From contig CM119371.1 in assembly GCA_051294905.1 (NCBI GenBank), positions 39,682,001 to 39,746,000 on the forward strand: a DNA stretch of 64,000 bases. The letters are read 5' to 3'. Under the pieces are notes generated by a model, which was given only the letters and a program-made list of their open reading frames with translations, was not told the DNA's origin and ran no database searches. The translations under genes were made by a program, and so were the position numbers. Position 1 is the stretch's first letter. Each line of letters starts with the position of its first letter. Below are positions 13,147 through 26,746 of the stretch, piece by piece. This stretch comes from Botryllus schlosseri (Eukaryota).

Positions 13147-13229
13147 CTTTTCCAATTTGCAATCTGATAACTGCCGCAAATCATCCTGCTTGGCCAACAG
13201 ATGTTGTTGTTCGTTCAATTTGATAAATT
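13147..13229 (-). CDS. Internal exon (xFIKLNEQQHLLAKQDDLRQLSDCKLEK)
   Basis: TGCAG acceptor, GTCAGT donor, open frame, phase 1 to 0. Confidence 0.55.
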
Positions 13230-14238
13230 CTGCATCGAAAAGTATCCCGAGAAATACCACGTCAGTTACGCAATCAATCCGGTCGACAGACAGAGTAGAT
13301 TTCTGTGAAAATGTTGTCAGTTACATCACATCCTACGAAGTACTCATTCTCAGAGTTACGACCAATCATAAGAGAATATTGCCACTACATATAGCCAATG
13401 CCGGTAAGACGATGAGATCTCGTTATCAGAACATAGCTTGCCAAACGAGTCGTCTGAAATTGCGCACATGAATAACGCAACCGCTACATGAATTATATTG
13501 ACTGAGACTTTCATGAAAATATATTAGCTCCCTCCATATCTATATTGCGCGAAGTATCACCAAATTCTCGACTCTCCGTAAAAACAATCGCCAGATTTCT
13601 TCGTCATGGTCTCTCTCTCTTTCTTATTGAAAGCACATGATACTTCTACTTGACAAACTGTATGAAGCGAAAAATAAGTTGGTGAGTCACAAAATATGAC
13701 AAAGTACAAGTAGAAGTAGAGCGGCGCAAAATTGGATTTACTTGAGTGAGTACTGCAAGCAGACATAAAATACTTGAGTACTTGGAAAAACTAGAAGTAC
13801 AACCACGTCTGGATTTGAATAACTGCCAACCATCGTTTCATTTTGTTGTACAATTATTTGAACCCTAGTCGATTAGGTTTGATAAAAGGTGGTTTGAATT
13901 GAATGAAATTAATTAATTGATTCCTGATCGCAGCCCTCTCTCAGGTAAGAGGTGATGATAATGATGCAGATTTTTTTTTGGGGGGCGTGCCATGGACAAA
14001 ATAAAATTCATATTTTCGTAATCGGTAAAGCAATAGCTTTCCATTAGTACCCGTTTTATCAAATTTCCCACTCGGCAAGACGATCAAAATTGATCTGAGA
14101 TTGCCTTTGGTCAAATGGTATGTATGACGTAACCAAAATGCAGTGAGCTGTTCAATCTCACTGCGTCCACACCATATATAGGACACTATGGTGAATTGGA
14201 CAAGATCCGTTTATTACTAAAGATGTCATCATTATTAC

Positions 14239-14352
14239 CTTGGTGTCAAAGTGACATCCGATCCCGTGAGCTTCACTGTCAGTTATCTCGATGACATCTT
14301 CACCGTTCTTCAATTCAACGTGATGTTCATCACGTAGAGTCAGCATGACAAC
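14239..14352 (-). CDS. Internal exon (VVMLTLRDEHHVELKNGEDVIEITDSEAHGIGCHFDTK)
   Basis: TTTTCAG acceptor, GTAATA donor, 114 nt, open; lies within ORF 14158..14409. Confidence 0.55.
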
Positions 14353-16250
14353 CTGAAAATTGTTCAGAAACTCTAGTATTCCATCATCCAAAAAATATTG
14401 TGACGTCATATCAGACAGTGATTACAACAGCATCGCAAAAACGTCACCGACACGGTTCACTGATTTAGCAAAATATATAACGAAGAGTTCACGACAGCAA
14501 CGGAGGACATTCTCTCAGAGTTAAGTACTCAGACAGCTACAGCCTATATTGGACATCATTCTGCCTGAGTTATATTCACAGAGACATAACTTTATAAGTT
14601 GTTATATTACTCAGGTGAAACTAATATTTCACTACTTCCACTTCTACCTCATAAAAGTTTGCGACTTACATACTTTTCACTATTTACAGTTTGTGAATTA
14701 AATGATTATATTATTCCAATAGAGATAGAGAATGAGACTAAAAAAAATTTAGCGACGTTTTCGCCGAGTATCAAAAATAATTTACCTATTACAAAAGTTA
14801 AACAAGTTCGGAAAGTTCGTCGTGCTTCGAGTGAAATAGATATGGAGCGACAAGAATGTTTTCATTGAACTGTTGGTCAGTATCATTTAGGTGGGTTCAT
14901 TTCATAACATACTTTCGCCTGTATGACACGTTTCATCACAGTAAATATGGTTCAGAAAAAATATTCGGAACTATCTCATCGCAATCTTGCATTCTATCCG
15001 CACAGCATGTGTTCAAACAGGGAAAAGTGGTCCTTGACTGTTTAGCGATAGACCGTTGAGCGTCAACCACCGTTGAAACCGTATGAAAGCTGTTTTACAT
15101 ATTGGAGTTGAATTTCTTTTCATGCACAGTATCATTAAAGTTGGTTTTTTAATCAATCTTAGTTCTTTTGTCCGAGACACATGCGCATAGAAGTGTAATA
15201 TTACGAAGTAAAATTGAACGTGAATGGCATTTTACGATCTACCCTATTGTTGTTTCACGTAATACCCATCGCACAAATCGGTAATACCATTTCTAATACA
15301 ACTCAATATCGCTTTTCGCCTCAACTACGGGTCTTATAATACTGTAGAGGGCATAATTCCATGACATTCTCTGAAATCGAGCTCTGGGGTAAACGAAAGT
15401 TGAGAGCCGCTTCTCTGAAGCAAAACCATCATTTGCATCACACGATGCGGTCTAATTCTTATGTGTGGAAACTTTGTACTGAGCAGCACGAATCCATCTT
15501 TCTGTGCCATTCGAAGGGCCCAGTTTCCGGCTTTTGACAGCCAGTGACAGCGTATTTATGACTGCTTCTCACAACTACTTACTTAGTTACTTATATGAGT
15601 AGATTTTAGCTTCGCTACTCCTAATTCTACTTCAAGTAGTTTAAGGATGCTTAAAAAAGGACTACTTTTACTTGTACTCGAGTAAATTTTAGCTTCGCTA
15701 CTTCTACTCCTTCTTGAGTAGATTATTTGACTGCATTGACCACCTCTGCTTGTTACTCGTGCAGTGCATTTCGCAGCGGCATGTGGCGTTGGGACGCGCA
15801 ACTGCGACATAATTTGTAACGAATATTGATGCCCATATTCTGAATTCATTCGAGTAACCAATAATCTTGATCGCCGACGAACTGACAGGTATCCAGCACG
15901 CCAATATCGAACTTCAGTCAATAGTGTATTTAGTAGCAAGCTGATTTGTGAGTTTAGGTCTCGACATGCGCTGAGCGCTCATATTGGTGCCGCTACTCTA
16001 CATAACTCACCATTTCACTGAATTCGATTGCATAGCACGGTATTAATGAGACGTGCGAATATGAAAACATCATATCAATGGTAAATGTACGTCTCCTGGA
16101 TGAATGCAGATGGCTTGTAGCAAAATTCCTTGTCTAGCGACGATGACGTCACGGATCATGAGCGATGATAATGTTACGAGTCGCCGCATACCCACATAAA
16201 ATTACGCCTACACTTGTTAGTACGCAACTAAATCTTAGAATCGAACTCAC

Positions 16251-16355
16251 TTCCCAATCCAAATTCCCAGATAGCGACTCAATCCGACGATGTCCAAGTA
16301 ATGAACGTAGTGCTGTTGCTGAGAATTTGTTGGCTCTCAAATCCACTTCTTTCAC
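16251..16355 (-). CDS. LRR exon (VKEVDLRANKFSATALRSLLGHRRIESLSGNLDWE)
   Basis: TGTTTCAG acceptor, GTGAGT donor, 105 nt, phase 0-0; LxxLxLxxN-type motif. Confidence 0.7.
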
Positions 16356-17815
16356 CTGAAACAATAGAAATATGATGTCAAATGTTGACCAAAACTAAAT
16401 ATGAAAGTCGGTTTGACATCAAATCAAATCACTTCCTTCACCTGAAACGAGAGAAATATGATATGAAGTGTTGACCAAAACTAAGTCTGCAAGTCAGTTT
16501 GACAGCAAGTCATTAGCATTGAAATACAAAGTAACTGAGCTGTAATCAATTCGCTTTACTATTGAAGGATCTTCGATGTAACCGACATTACAAAGTGATA
16601 TCTAAAAGGGGATGATATCAGCGACTGTCGGAGAATAAAATCTCGATTGCGAGTGTTTGCAACTAATATCATGCCATTCATTACCATTATATTTGGAATA
16701 ATTTCAAAATCCTTATTCGCTATGCATTTAAATTCCAACAATAGGAGTCGATTCCAGATTTACATAATTGTGCATGTAAGCCGCAATCCCTTACATATTG
16801 AAAGATATGAAAAAATGGGTCATATTGGAGATTACTGGAGAAATTTCGACCAACATTCATGCGAAAATGATTTGACAGGAGTAATATTATTATGATACAA
16901 ATACCCGTATGTGTTCCGAAAATATTCAAATAATTCTGCGAAGATGGAAAGTCAATATTTACATTTAAATCATTTTAGAAAGACGCCAGAAAGATTATAC
17001 ACAAAATTTCTACGACCAAAGACGGAAAAATGGTGATTCCTCCATGAACCAAGGACACTCAATTTCATCAAATTCACTATTCTGACGCACAAGGTCTGAG
17101 CAGGTGATAATCGACACTGTCGTTGATGCATTAGAAGACTATTAATAATACCAGGGATCTGCAGCGTTCAGCCCACCAATTGTTTTGCTCAGATCCGGAT
17201 TCAGTTGCACATGTAAAAAGTTTGCAAGAAACCCAACCTGCTATGTCAGTGGTTCTCAAACTTTTTGGACACGCCCCCCTTGATGGTAGTGAAGAGTTCC
17301 GCGCCCCCTTATTGCCATATCAAAAAAATATTAAAAAGTGCAACAAGAATACTTGCAAGAGTCATAACGCATAGTCTGGTGGTATGTAAGGTTATTACTG
17401 TTGAGATACCTTTAAAATATCAAATTCGGACTATAGACCAGGCTTGGCCAACCTTTTCAGCCAAAGCGCCACAGGAGATTTACGAACCATTGCGCGGGCC
17501 ACTTGAAAATTGATGACCTGTTAGTAGTCGTCCAATAAGAGCGAACCGTATTAGGTAACGGTGAAAACAAGACTTATATTACAACGCACCAAAATAGATA
17601 GCAATTATGTCATTAAAACCCAGTGATAGCCGTGCGAAGCGAGTAATTTTTTTTAAAGTTATGAATGAATTCCGTCAATAATAATGGTACTTGCATATAT
17701 TGCTAGTCGCCTCTGTATACCGCTGGGCTCATTTGGCAAGGACTAGATTATTCAGGACGTGAACATATCAATATCGAAGATTTTGGCGAACGTCTCTCAT
17801 TTTGTGCCAAGGTTT

Positions 17816-19296
17816 CATTGGGTTATAATGATTCGACTCGAGTCACGATTTTCTGATGACTCGACTTGACTAGAGTCATTTTATCAAAATACGGAAATGA
17901 CTCGACTCGAGTCTATCTGTGTATTGAGTGGTCTTGGACTCGAGTCATTGCGCATGACTCGAACCCAGTCATATGACTCGAGACTCAGATGAGCCAAGAC
18001 CAACATTTCATTGTAATTTCCAAGAATAGTTAAGTAACCACACTATTGGGATTTCGTCTTGGTACTGGTACTTGAAAAAGGGAGGAAAAGTAGTATATTA
18101 TATATAAGAACTACCGTAATTTTCCATGTATAATGCGCTAAATTTTCACGATTTTCTGCCCTAAAATCGGGGGGTGCGTATTATACATGGGAACAACACG
18201 CTTGAAAAAAATCTCCCTCGATAAAAAAAACTTGAAATCACACCTATCTTCATTCTTCATGTTTGTTTCCAGTCGCGCATCACTTTCAGCCATCGCGCGT
18301 AGTAATTAGTGGAGGCGTGTGTCCAATTAACGAGAGTCGTGTGCAAAAGCATGCGATCTCCTGCTGAGTTGGTTTGCCGTTTGTACGCGAGCGAAATTAG
18401 GCCACTAATAGACACTCGCGCGCGGCAATTCTCGCCAATTCATCGCGTCAACGACAGGCCCGAACAATCGCATACGCAATTTATACATAAACAAGAGGCC
18501 GTGTGCGCAAGATATAATCGCTTGCGTAATCAGTCGCATCTCCAACAGAGCTGGTGCGCATGACATAACTGTTAGCCTAGGTGCAATCGCATCTATAATA
18601 GGCATCATGAGCAAGATGTTGGATGTCGGTTCGTTGGCCTAAACTAACTCGCCGCCGGCCTCGCAGGCTTTGGCTGCTATCTACTATCGTTTAGAGACAA
18701 TACCTTTAATTGTATAATGATTATGATTAGCAATCGCATCTGTAAAAGGTCTCCTCGTGCTCAAGATGTCGTGTCGCTAGCCTGAACTATCGCGCCGCCC
18801 GCCTCGCAGGCTTTGGCTGCTATCTACTATCGTTTAAAGACAATCCCGTTAATTGTATAATGATTAGCGATCGTTGTGTAATGATTGTTCAAGAGTGACA
18901 TCGCAAAATAGAATGGCATCGTATACGAAATCGGAACTATTCATGTACTAAAATGCAGGGTGCTTACTATACATGGGTACAGGCTTTTCCCCAGAATTTA
19001 CATGCTATTTTAGGGGTGCGCATTATACATGGGGGCGTACTATACTTGGAAAATTACGGTATTCGATATCACCAAACAGAGTTATAAAAAGTGGGTTTAT
19101 CAATACTTTAACTGGAAAATGTGCAGTCAACACAATGACTCGGACTCGAGTCATAATAACATTACTCGGACTCGACACTCTGCTCGTTGACTTGACTCGG
19201 TGGTGAATTGAAAATGACTCGACTTGACTCGGGTCAAAACTATAAAAGTGGGATTGACTTGTGACTCGGAGCCTTGTTACTTTGTTAACAAGCCTG
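17816..19296. mobile_element. hAT MITE, GACTCGAGTC family (nested)
   Basis: Colinear with 10941-11324 once the pogo insertion is removed; termini degraded. Confidence 0.75.
18114..19059. mobile_element. pogo/Tigger-type MITE
   Basis: TA|CCGTAATTTTCCA...TGGAAAATTACGG|TA with subterminal GGGTGCG...ATACATGG motifs. Confidence 0.88.
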
Positions 19297-19939
19297 CAAG
19301 ATACTAAAAGCAAGTGATAGAAAGACAATTAATCACACTAACCTCTAACACAAATATCTACTTCGTGGTCATAAAAGAACATCTACAAACAATGTGGCAG
19401 GACACTACCTGCGCCAATGCGTTGGAATTGATATTTTAGTTAACAACATCTCATATTTCGCAGTCAGGCTAATCAAGTTTCTGGTTGGCCTTGCAAGTTC
19501 AAAACAAATTTCTTGGGTAATTCAATTTTTGATATTATAACTAATATTGAGAATTACCTCGCGGATCACTCAAAACCTCCTCGCGTGCCACATGTTGGCC
19601 GTCCCTGCTATAGACTGACAAATAATTATCAGCTAGCTAAATCGAGCGAAGCAAGAAAAAATTCAAGTTGATGTCAAAAATATTCATTTTCAATGGTAGC
19701 ACGTATAGCATCACATTTTAGCGATTTTGGTGTCGAATAAATTCTGTTTACCCACTTCTGACCAGAAGCGAAATAAATAAATAAAAGACATGGCGTGGCT
19801 CCATTCTAAGCCACTTTGATTTAAATCCTCATTTCTAAAATTCAAAAGGCATGTTAAAACCAAGGCATATGGCATGAGCCTATGAGGACATATTTCATTT
19901 CTCCATATCGTTAAGTCTTACTACGCTCTTTGTACAGTA

Positions 19940-22900
19940 TAGTACTGTAGAATTTGGTCTAAAAATATGTCAACCTAGAAAAAATTCTTATATAGACGTA
20001 TGATATACCGTTGGAAAGGTAATTTTATCAGCTTTTCAATGATAGGTTTTGTCATTTTTTTCACTTTGGGGAAAAAAAGTTATGACCAAAAACGTGCGAA
20101 GGGGTAGAAATTGAAATTAGGGAAAAAATTGACATAAACATAATATGAACAAAAGGCCCGAAACTAATGAATTATCAACAGAAGAGCAGGATATAGATGC
20201 AGAAGCTATAAATGAAAATGACAGTAGAATGATATATCTGTTTCAGGGAGAAAGAGTGAGCAAGACGGGGTGGGGGGGGACGTTGGGGGAGGGGGGCACC
20301 AGTAGAACTGTCGTTGTTCGTTATAACTTCATTATGTTAATTCCTATAAAGACGTATGATATACCGTTGGAAAGGTAATTTTATCAGCTTTTCAGTGATA
20401 GGTTTTGTCATTTTTATTACGTTGAGGGAAAAAAGTTCTGACCAAAAACGTGCGAAGGGGTAGAAATTGAAATTAGGGAAAAAATTGACATAAACATGAA
20501 CAAAAGGCTAGAAAGTAATGAATTATCAACAGAAGAGCAGGATAGAGATGCAGAAGCTATCAATGAAAATGACAGTAGAATGATATATCTGTTTCAGGGA
20601 GAAAGAGTGAGCAAGACGGGGGGGGCGTTGGGGGAGGAGGGCACCAGTCCGAATGCCATGTGTAACCTTCGACCAACAGCTTTATGTAAAAGCATACGAC
20701 ATTGTATCGCCAAAGAACATGAGCGTCTTTGTTCGATTGGGCGGCTTTCACCAGCTTATGAGTTTTTTGGGATCAATTGGTTCCCTTATGGAAGGCAGTG
20801 GCTTGAAAAGTGCTCTTGAAACAGTATACATTCCTGTAACTGTAAGGCACATGTTTACAGGGAAGGCATTCTCCCGCGCTGTTCGAGGTCATCTGCTATG
20901 CGCAGCAGCTCTTCTGTCCCTTTTGTTGGAAGAATTTTGGAGTGAGTTGGCGCCCGGAGAGCAGAGTGCCTTGGAGAAATTGTATGACTCAGACAGTCCT
21001 TCTGATCACAATAATGACGACATTGCGCATAAGATGTTGGCATTCGTCACGAAAAAAAAGGAGCAGCTCACAAAGGAATCACGTACATCAGCTCTGTGGT
21101 TGAGCTATATTAATTACGTTTCAGTTGTGCAGGAGTTTATTCGAGCAGAGAAAACAAGCGACTGGTTACTACACATATATGCGTCAAAAAGCATGCTGAA
21201 CCTATTTGCTGCTACAGGCCACAACAATTATGCAAAAACATGTCGCCTGTATCTTCAAACACTTGCAGAATTGGAAACAAGTCACCCAGATGTCTACCAG
21301 CAATTTATGCACGTTAATCACACCGTCAGGCGTTCTAACAAACAATGGGCTGGAATCTGGACTGATTTGTCTATTGAACAGATTCTCATGAAATCTTTAA
21401 AGGGAAAAGGCGGAGTCATCGGCAAGGGCATCACCGATAATGTATTAAGGGTGTGGACTAAAACCATGCACAGGTGTGCAGAAGTGACAGATGCACTCAG
21501 TACAGTCACGTCATTGTCAAATTATGATGATAAACACAAAGAGGCATTTGCTGGAAGAATCAAACGCGATAATGAAGATTTTGAAAAAGTACAAACCTGG
21601 TTTCGTTCACACAATCCATTTAAAGTAGGAGTTCAGCTTATGGCTCTAGACTCAGGGTTGGTGGATAGCAACAGCAGTGTGACCTGTGACCGAGCTGAGG
21701 AGATAGGGGCGTCTATCCAAGCTGAACTTGATGGCAAAACGTTTACGAACTGTTCCTTCAAGAGGAAGAAGCAAATACGTACTATACAGAGCCTTTATTC
21801 CAGTGCGAAAATTGACCATGATACTATCACCATTGATCCATTAATACTCTTTTTGAGATTGGTTGTTGTCATAGAGAGAAAGCCAGAAAACGAAATTGCA
21901 GACTACTTCTTCTACGAGTTATCATCGTACCCAATGTCACTGTTCAAAGATGGAGTTCTACGAACTGCGCAAAAATCAAAACTAAAGTCATACGTCTTGG
22001 ACAAAGTGGAAATGACTAAAGAACCGGACTCCACAAAAATTATTGATGGCGGTGCCTTGTTGTGGTGTCGTGACTGAAAGAAGAATGAGAAGTTCCATGA
22101 GATTTTCAAAAAATACATTGGTTTTCTTCAGCATTTGGGCACCAATGTTATTGTTTTTGATGGCTACAGGGTGTCAACCAAAGATTCGACCCATCAAAAA
22201 CGCTCTGGTACGACGTCTCAAACTGTTGAATTAAATAATCAAAATCCATGCCCAACTGAAAGGAACATATTTTTCTCAAACTATACAAACAAACAAAGAT
22301 TCGTGGCGGCTTTATCGAAACAACTGGAGTTTGTGCCCTAGTGATGCAGATACAACAATCGTTCAAGTTGCTTTTGATTCGGTAGGTGGGAAACCTGTAA
22401 CTGTGTACTCCGACGATACTGATGTCCTTTGCTTGCTAGTGCATCATGCTATGCACCGCGACTATCCTGATATCTTCTTGACAAACATTACAAGAGGGAA
22501 AAACTGCCAGCAAAGACGGTGCTACAGAGTTAGAGATATTATTGCGAAGGTAGATGTTATTGTTTTGGAGTACTTGTTATTCGCGCATGCATTTACAGGC
22601 TGTGATACAACTTCAGCAGTTCATAAATTCGGCAAGATATCTGTATTTGAGAAGTTGAACTCAACCAGCTTGCGAAATGTTGCCGATGTTTTCTACGAAA
22701 ACGACGTGTCTCCAGACCAAGTTGGCAGGGCTTCGATAAGGTTCTTCGAACTTTTTAACTCGTCTACGTATACTTTACAGCAAATCAGGAAACAGAAGTA
22801 CGAGGAAATGGTCATGTCTAATCGTTCTCACGTTGATCCAGCTCTCCTCCACCATCACCACGAGCTGCATATCACCATGGCCTTAAGAGTATATCACCAG

Positions 22901-23697
22901 CTGAAGGTTTGGAGAACTTTAAGCAACTCAGATTTGAACCCGTTGTCATGGGGTTGGCAAAAGAAGGATGACATGTTTTCTCCAGTGATGACGGAGGTAG
23001 CTGCTGCACCAGAAGATGTCTTGAAAATCATTCGATGCAGCTGCAAGGGATCATGTAACAGACGCTGTTCTTGTCGGAAAGCAGGATTAACATGCACATC
23101 GTCATGCAAGGAATGTTGCGGAATGACATGCACAAACACTACAGTCGTGTTTGATGACGAATTGGAAGAAGAGAGACATTGTACGGATGAGTTTGCATGA
23201 TTTTGATGGAAATGTGTTGATGTTTGATTAGAACTTATAACTGTAAATATCGTTTTTACATCTTTATAGTTGGTTTAACTATGACCTTGCTTATAGAAGA
23301 AAAACCCTTTCTTTCGGTGAAATCTCGCCTATTATCTCCGTATCGGTCAACTTTTACCCCCTTAAACGTGTGATAAATACTTCTTAATAAAGTTATGTTT
23401 CATTTTTTTGCTGTCCGATTGTTAGTTTGCTTTGCTGATAGCAATGTGCCAATTTATAATGTTGTATTCTGTTATTAAGGTATCGTATTCATCGTATTTT
23501 AGCTTATAATTGTATTATAATGTTAGGCAAAATCGTGCTTTATCCCCTGGCACGTTTTTGGTCATATCTTTTTTTCCCCAAGGTAAAAAAAATGACAAAA
23601 CCCATCATTGAAAAGCTGATAAAATTATCTTTCCAACGGTATATAATACGTCTTTATAAGAATTTTTTCTAGGTTGAACCCAAATTCTACAGGACTA
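19940..23697 (+). mobile_element. Academ DNA transposon (internally deleted)
   Basis: TIRs of ~160 bp: TAGTACTGTAGAATTTGG... and ...CCAAATTCTACAGGACTA. 4-bp TSD AGTA at 19936-19939 and 23698-23701. Confidence 0.9.
20653..23200 (+). pseudogene. Academ transposase, 5'-truncated, with C-terminal tesmin/CXC cysteine cluster
   Basis: Motifs TFDQQLYVKA, RLGGFHQLMSFL, GHNNYAK, DLSIEQILM, IIDGGALL, VFDGY, DADTTIV, DDTDV, HAFTGCDTTS and CSCKGSCNRRCSCRKAGLTC. Stop at 22075-22077 and frameshift at ~22330. Confidence 0.88.
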
Positions 23698-24066
23698 AGT
23701 AGGGGTGTTCAAAGATAACATTTTTCTTCAAATTTCACTCTTTACTTGATAAATTGTAAGGTTGGCTAAAAAACTCAGCATACGAAATTCAACTAGTAGC
23801 CGCATTGCTACAAGAGAAGAAATATTTGGATTTATTATGTAAAAATTAAATAATTTTTTTTTCAAAATTTTGTGTTCACCCCCTAAAATTGTTAGGTTGT
23901 GAACAGAAACGGTAGGCCTACTCACCAAATTTCGCTCCATTGCAACCAGTGGAAGCGGATTTATTGCAGTTCAAAAATTTGGATATGAATAAAATAGTAA
24001 TCCGACCAATGTAAATATTATCTTATTCAAATCCAAATTTTTTAACTACAATACCGTCGCTCACAC

Positions 24067-26746
24067 CAGGGTTGTAATGACTCGAGTCAGACTCGAGTCA
24101 CGTTTTTTTGTGACTCGACTTGACTCGAGTCATTTTCTTGAAATGGGAAAATGACTCGACTCGACTCGAGTCAATATTTGGATTGACTCGACTTGTACTC
24201 GAGTCATTACGCATGACTCGACCCAAGTCAATGACTCGGCTTATTTTATATGACTTGAAGATGAATAAATTTGCGAATCGTAATGGCTAGTTCAACACAT
24301 CTCACGAATTGTGCCGACATCGCTATTTGACACCACTGCTTTCGTTGCACTCGTCTGATATCAGATATGCCGCCGCAAATACAACATACAATGGTACCAT
24401 AGTGTCTTATATGGCGTCGACAACCAAATCTCACGCCTCAGAAATTGATTCACGTCACAATTTCGATTTGGCTACAGGCAATTTGAAGGTCATTTTCGAC
24501 CGGCTTGGCGATCATTAAATTTGGTAAAACGGGTATCAATCGAAAGCTTACTCTGCGCTGATTACGAAAACATAAATGTTATTCCGCTCGTGGCCCTGGA
24601 GCCCCCACAATCAGCCTCGAATTTTTCATTGTTATGGAGATCGGCATTGGGACGCAATATTGCGGTCTGGCTCTTTTGCTCTTGAGCTACTCTCTCGTTT
24701 CGCCAGATAGCATTGTTGCGTCCCAATGCCAATCAGGGTAGTACCAACTACAAACCCTTCTCTCTCTCACTCTGCAACCATTCAATTAGGCACGCTATCA
24801 CTGTCAATTACTTGCGCGCATTGGAGGAAGCATTGAAAAATTCTATTTTAAAGCGTTTTGCAGCAGTGTTTGTAAATGTGAACATGATCACAACTGATTG
24901 GTCTTTGGATTGGCCTATCGGTAATCCCAAACCGTTTGGTGAAACCATCTTCTTCACATCATGCGTGTTCGATCCGAAATTTGCTTTCCATTAGCTTATG
25001 GATCTAAATTACTCAGAACAATCCCGAATTGCACTGCGGCAGAAAATAATCGAGTTGATGATGACTGGGCCTGACACTCATTCATAGAGGATCACCAGCC
25101 AAGGTACAAAATCATCTGACGAAGAGGTACTAGATCCTCCGCAATCAAAGTATTTAGGACTTTTCAATTATACAAGCAAACAATCGAGGCAAAGTTCAAT
25201 TGGAGCCAACGCAATGACTCAGATAGTCACGTAATAGGAAGAGACCGATAAGCTTATGTGTGGATTTGAAACCATGATCCTTTGCAATTTTGGGCGACTC
25301 GAAAGAATGAGTATCATATGCTCTTCAGTATGGTTCAAAAATGCTTATTAATTCCTGCATCTAGTGCACCAGTGCAACGTGTATTCAGTAGAGCTGGATT
25401 TATTCTTAGGCCATGCCGCTCTAATATATCTGAGGATCTCCTTTCCCCTTTGGTATTTTTAAAGTGTAACTCATCATTGATGTGATATGCTGTCTGTGAA
25501 AACACACAATACCATCTGTGTATTTGAGGTTTTGTTAGGTATATGCATTGTGCACGTGAGTAATAATGAATGGCTAATGCTGCATGATGTTTGTAGAATA
25601 GGACTGTTCAAAAGTAACTTCTTTTTTATTTTACTCGGTGGCTACTTGATTACGTTGCATAAAAAGAACATTGAATCTAGCTCAATTTTAAAAAGAAGAA
25701 TCAATGATATGATAGGAGAAAATTTTGGATTTGAAAATAAATGAAGTATTTTTAGTGAGAAATTCTTTCATATAATATAATCACATAGTAGTAGTAAGCC
25801 GACTATTTTTCATATCCAAAATATTCTACTCTAATAACTTCATTTCTTCTAGTTGGAATTTGCTATGAATCATATTGTTACACAATGTAACAATATCATG
25901 AGATAGCCGGTAAAACTCGAAAATCTCTATTTGTAATTAATCTAAAATTTTCTTTCATAGCATCGCTTTCTACTGGTTGGAATTGAGCCAAATTTGATTT
26001 TTTTCGGGCAATCTAACAATTTCAAGGAGTAGCCGGAAAACTTGAAAAAATGTTTTCAAACAGCCCCATTGTACAATTATTTCTCCAATGCTGATGCTGC
26101 GATGTAGTCTGTAAAGCAATTGGGAAAACCTTAAGTAATATCAAAAGGTAGCTGTTTTTTTGTCACTGCACAATGCACATCGCTGCATGCACGCTTTTAC
26201 AGCATGCTGGCTTGGTGTAAATACACATACATAAACATACATCTGCTGATTCTCTATCAGCTGGTATCTCCGTGAACTCGTTGGTTCTCTATCAGCAATT
26301 GTTGAGCTATCGTCGATGTGCTTATCATAAAAACTGAATGCTTGAATTGGTGATGTATCAGACTGACAAGACAGATACTTGATTTTACGTTCTAACTTAG
26401 TGAAGTTATCTGTAGCATCGGTAAATGAGGCCAGGACCTGTCCGTTAACGGCCTAAATAAACACGTGCCAAAACTCTGATAGGGAGAAAATGAGCGTGTT
26501 TGCCAAGCTAGGAATTCGATATCACCCAAGCAGGATTGAAAACATGAGCTGAACATGAGTTCAATACTGTGACTTGGACTCGACTCGAGTCATAACACTA
26601 TGACTCGGACTTGACCCTTTAAACGGTGACTTGGACTCGGACTCGAGTCATTGATGAATTGAAAATGACTCGACTCGACTCGAGTCAAAACCACAAAAGT
26701 AAGATTGACTCGTGACTCGGAACCATGTGACTTGGTTACAACCCTG
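24067..26746 (+). mobile_element. Non-autonomous hAT element, copy 1
   Basis: CAGGGTTGTAA...TTACAACCCTG with perfect TSD GCTCACAC and GACTCGAGTC subterminal repeats. Confidence 0.92.
25276..25485 (+). pseudogene. hAT C-terminal dimerisation domain relic
   Basis: DPLQFWATRKNEY...LIPASSAPVQRVFSRAGFILRPCRSNISEDLLSPLVFLKCN. Confidence 0.85.

Larger units (their letters stand above)
17439..19607. mobile_element. hAT (Buster-type) MITE carrying nested elements
   Basis: CAGGCTTGGCCAAC...GTTGGCCGTCCCTG with perfect TSD CTATAGAC. It sits inside an older MITE starting at 17247 (homologue at ~46650). Confidence 0.88.

Noticed and set aside
13325..13670. Linking exon(s) between 14239 and 13229
   Set aside because: Candidate acceptors exist, but no stop-free phase 0-to-1 exon could be built.
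20145..20819. Duplicated small genes MNKR.E.NELSTEEQD...
   Set aside because: They arise from the duplicated Academ left end; no evidence of independent genes.
24067..24240. Clusters of CTCGAG (XhoI) sites suggesting engineered DNA
   Set aside because: These are GACTCGAGTC subterminal repeats of a natural hAT family present many times with TSDs.
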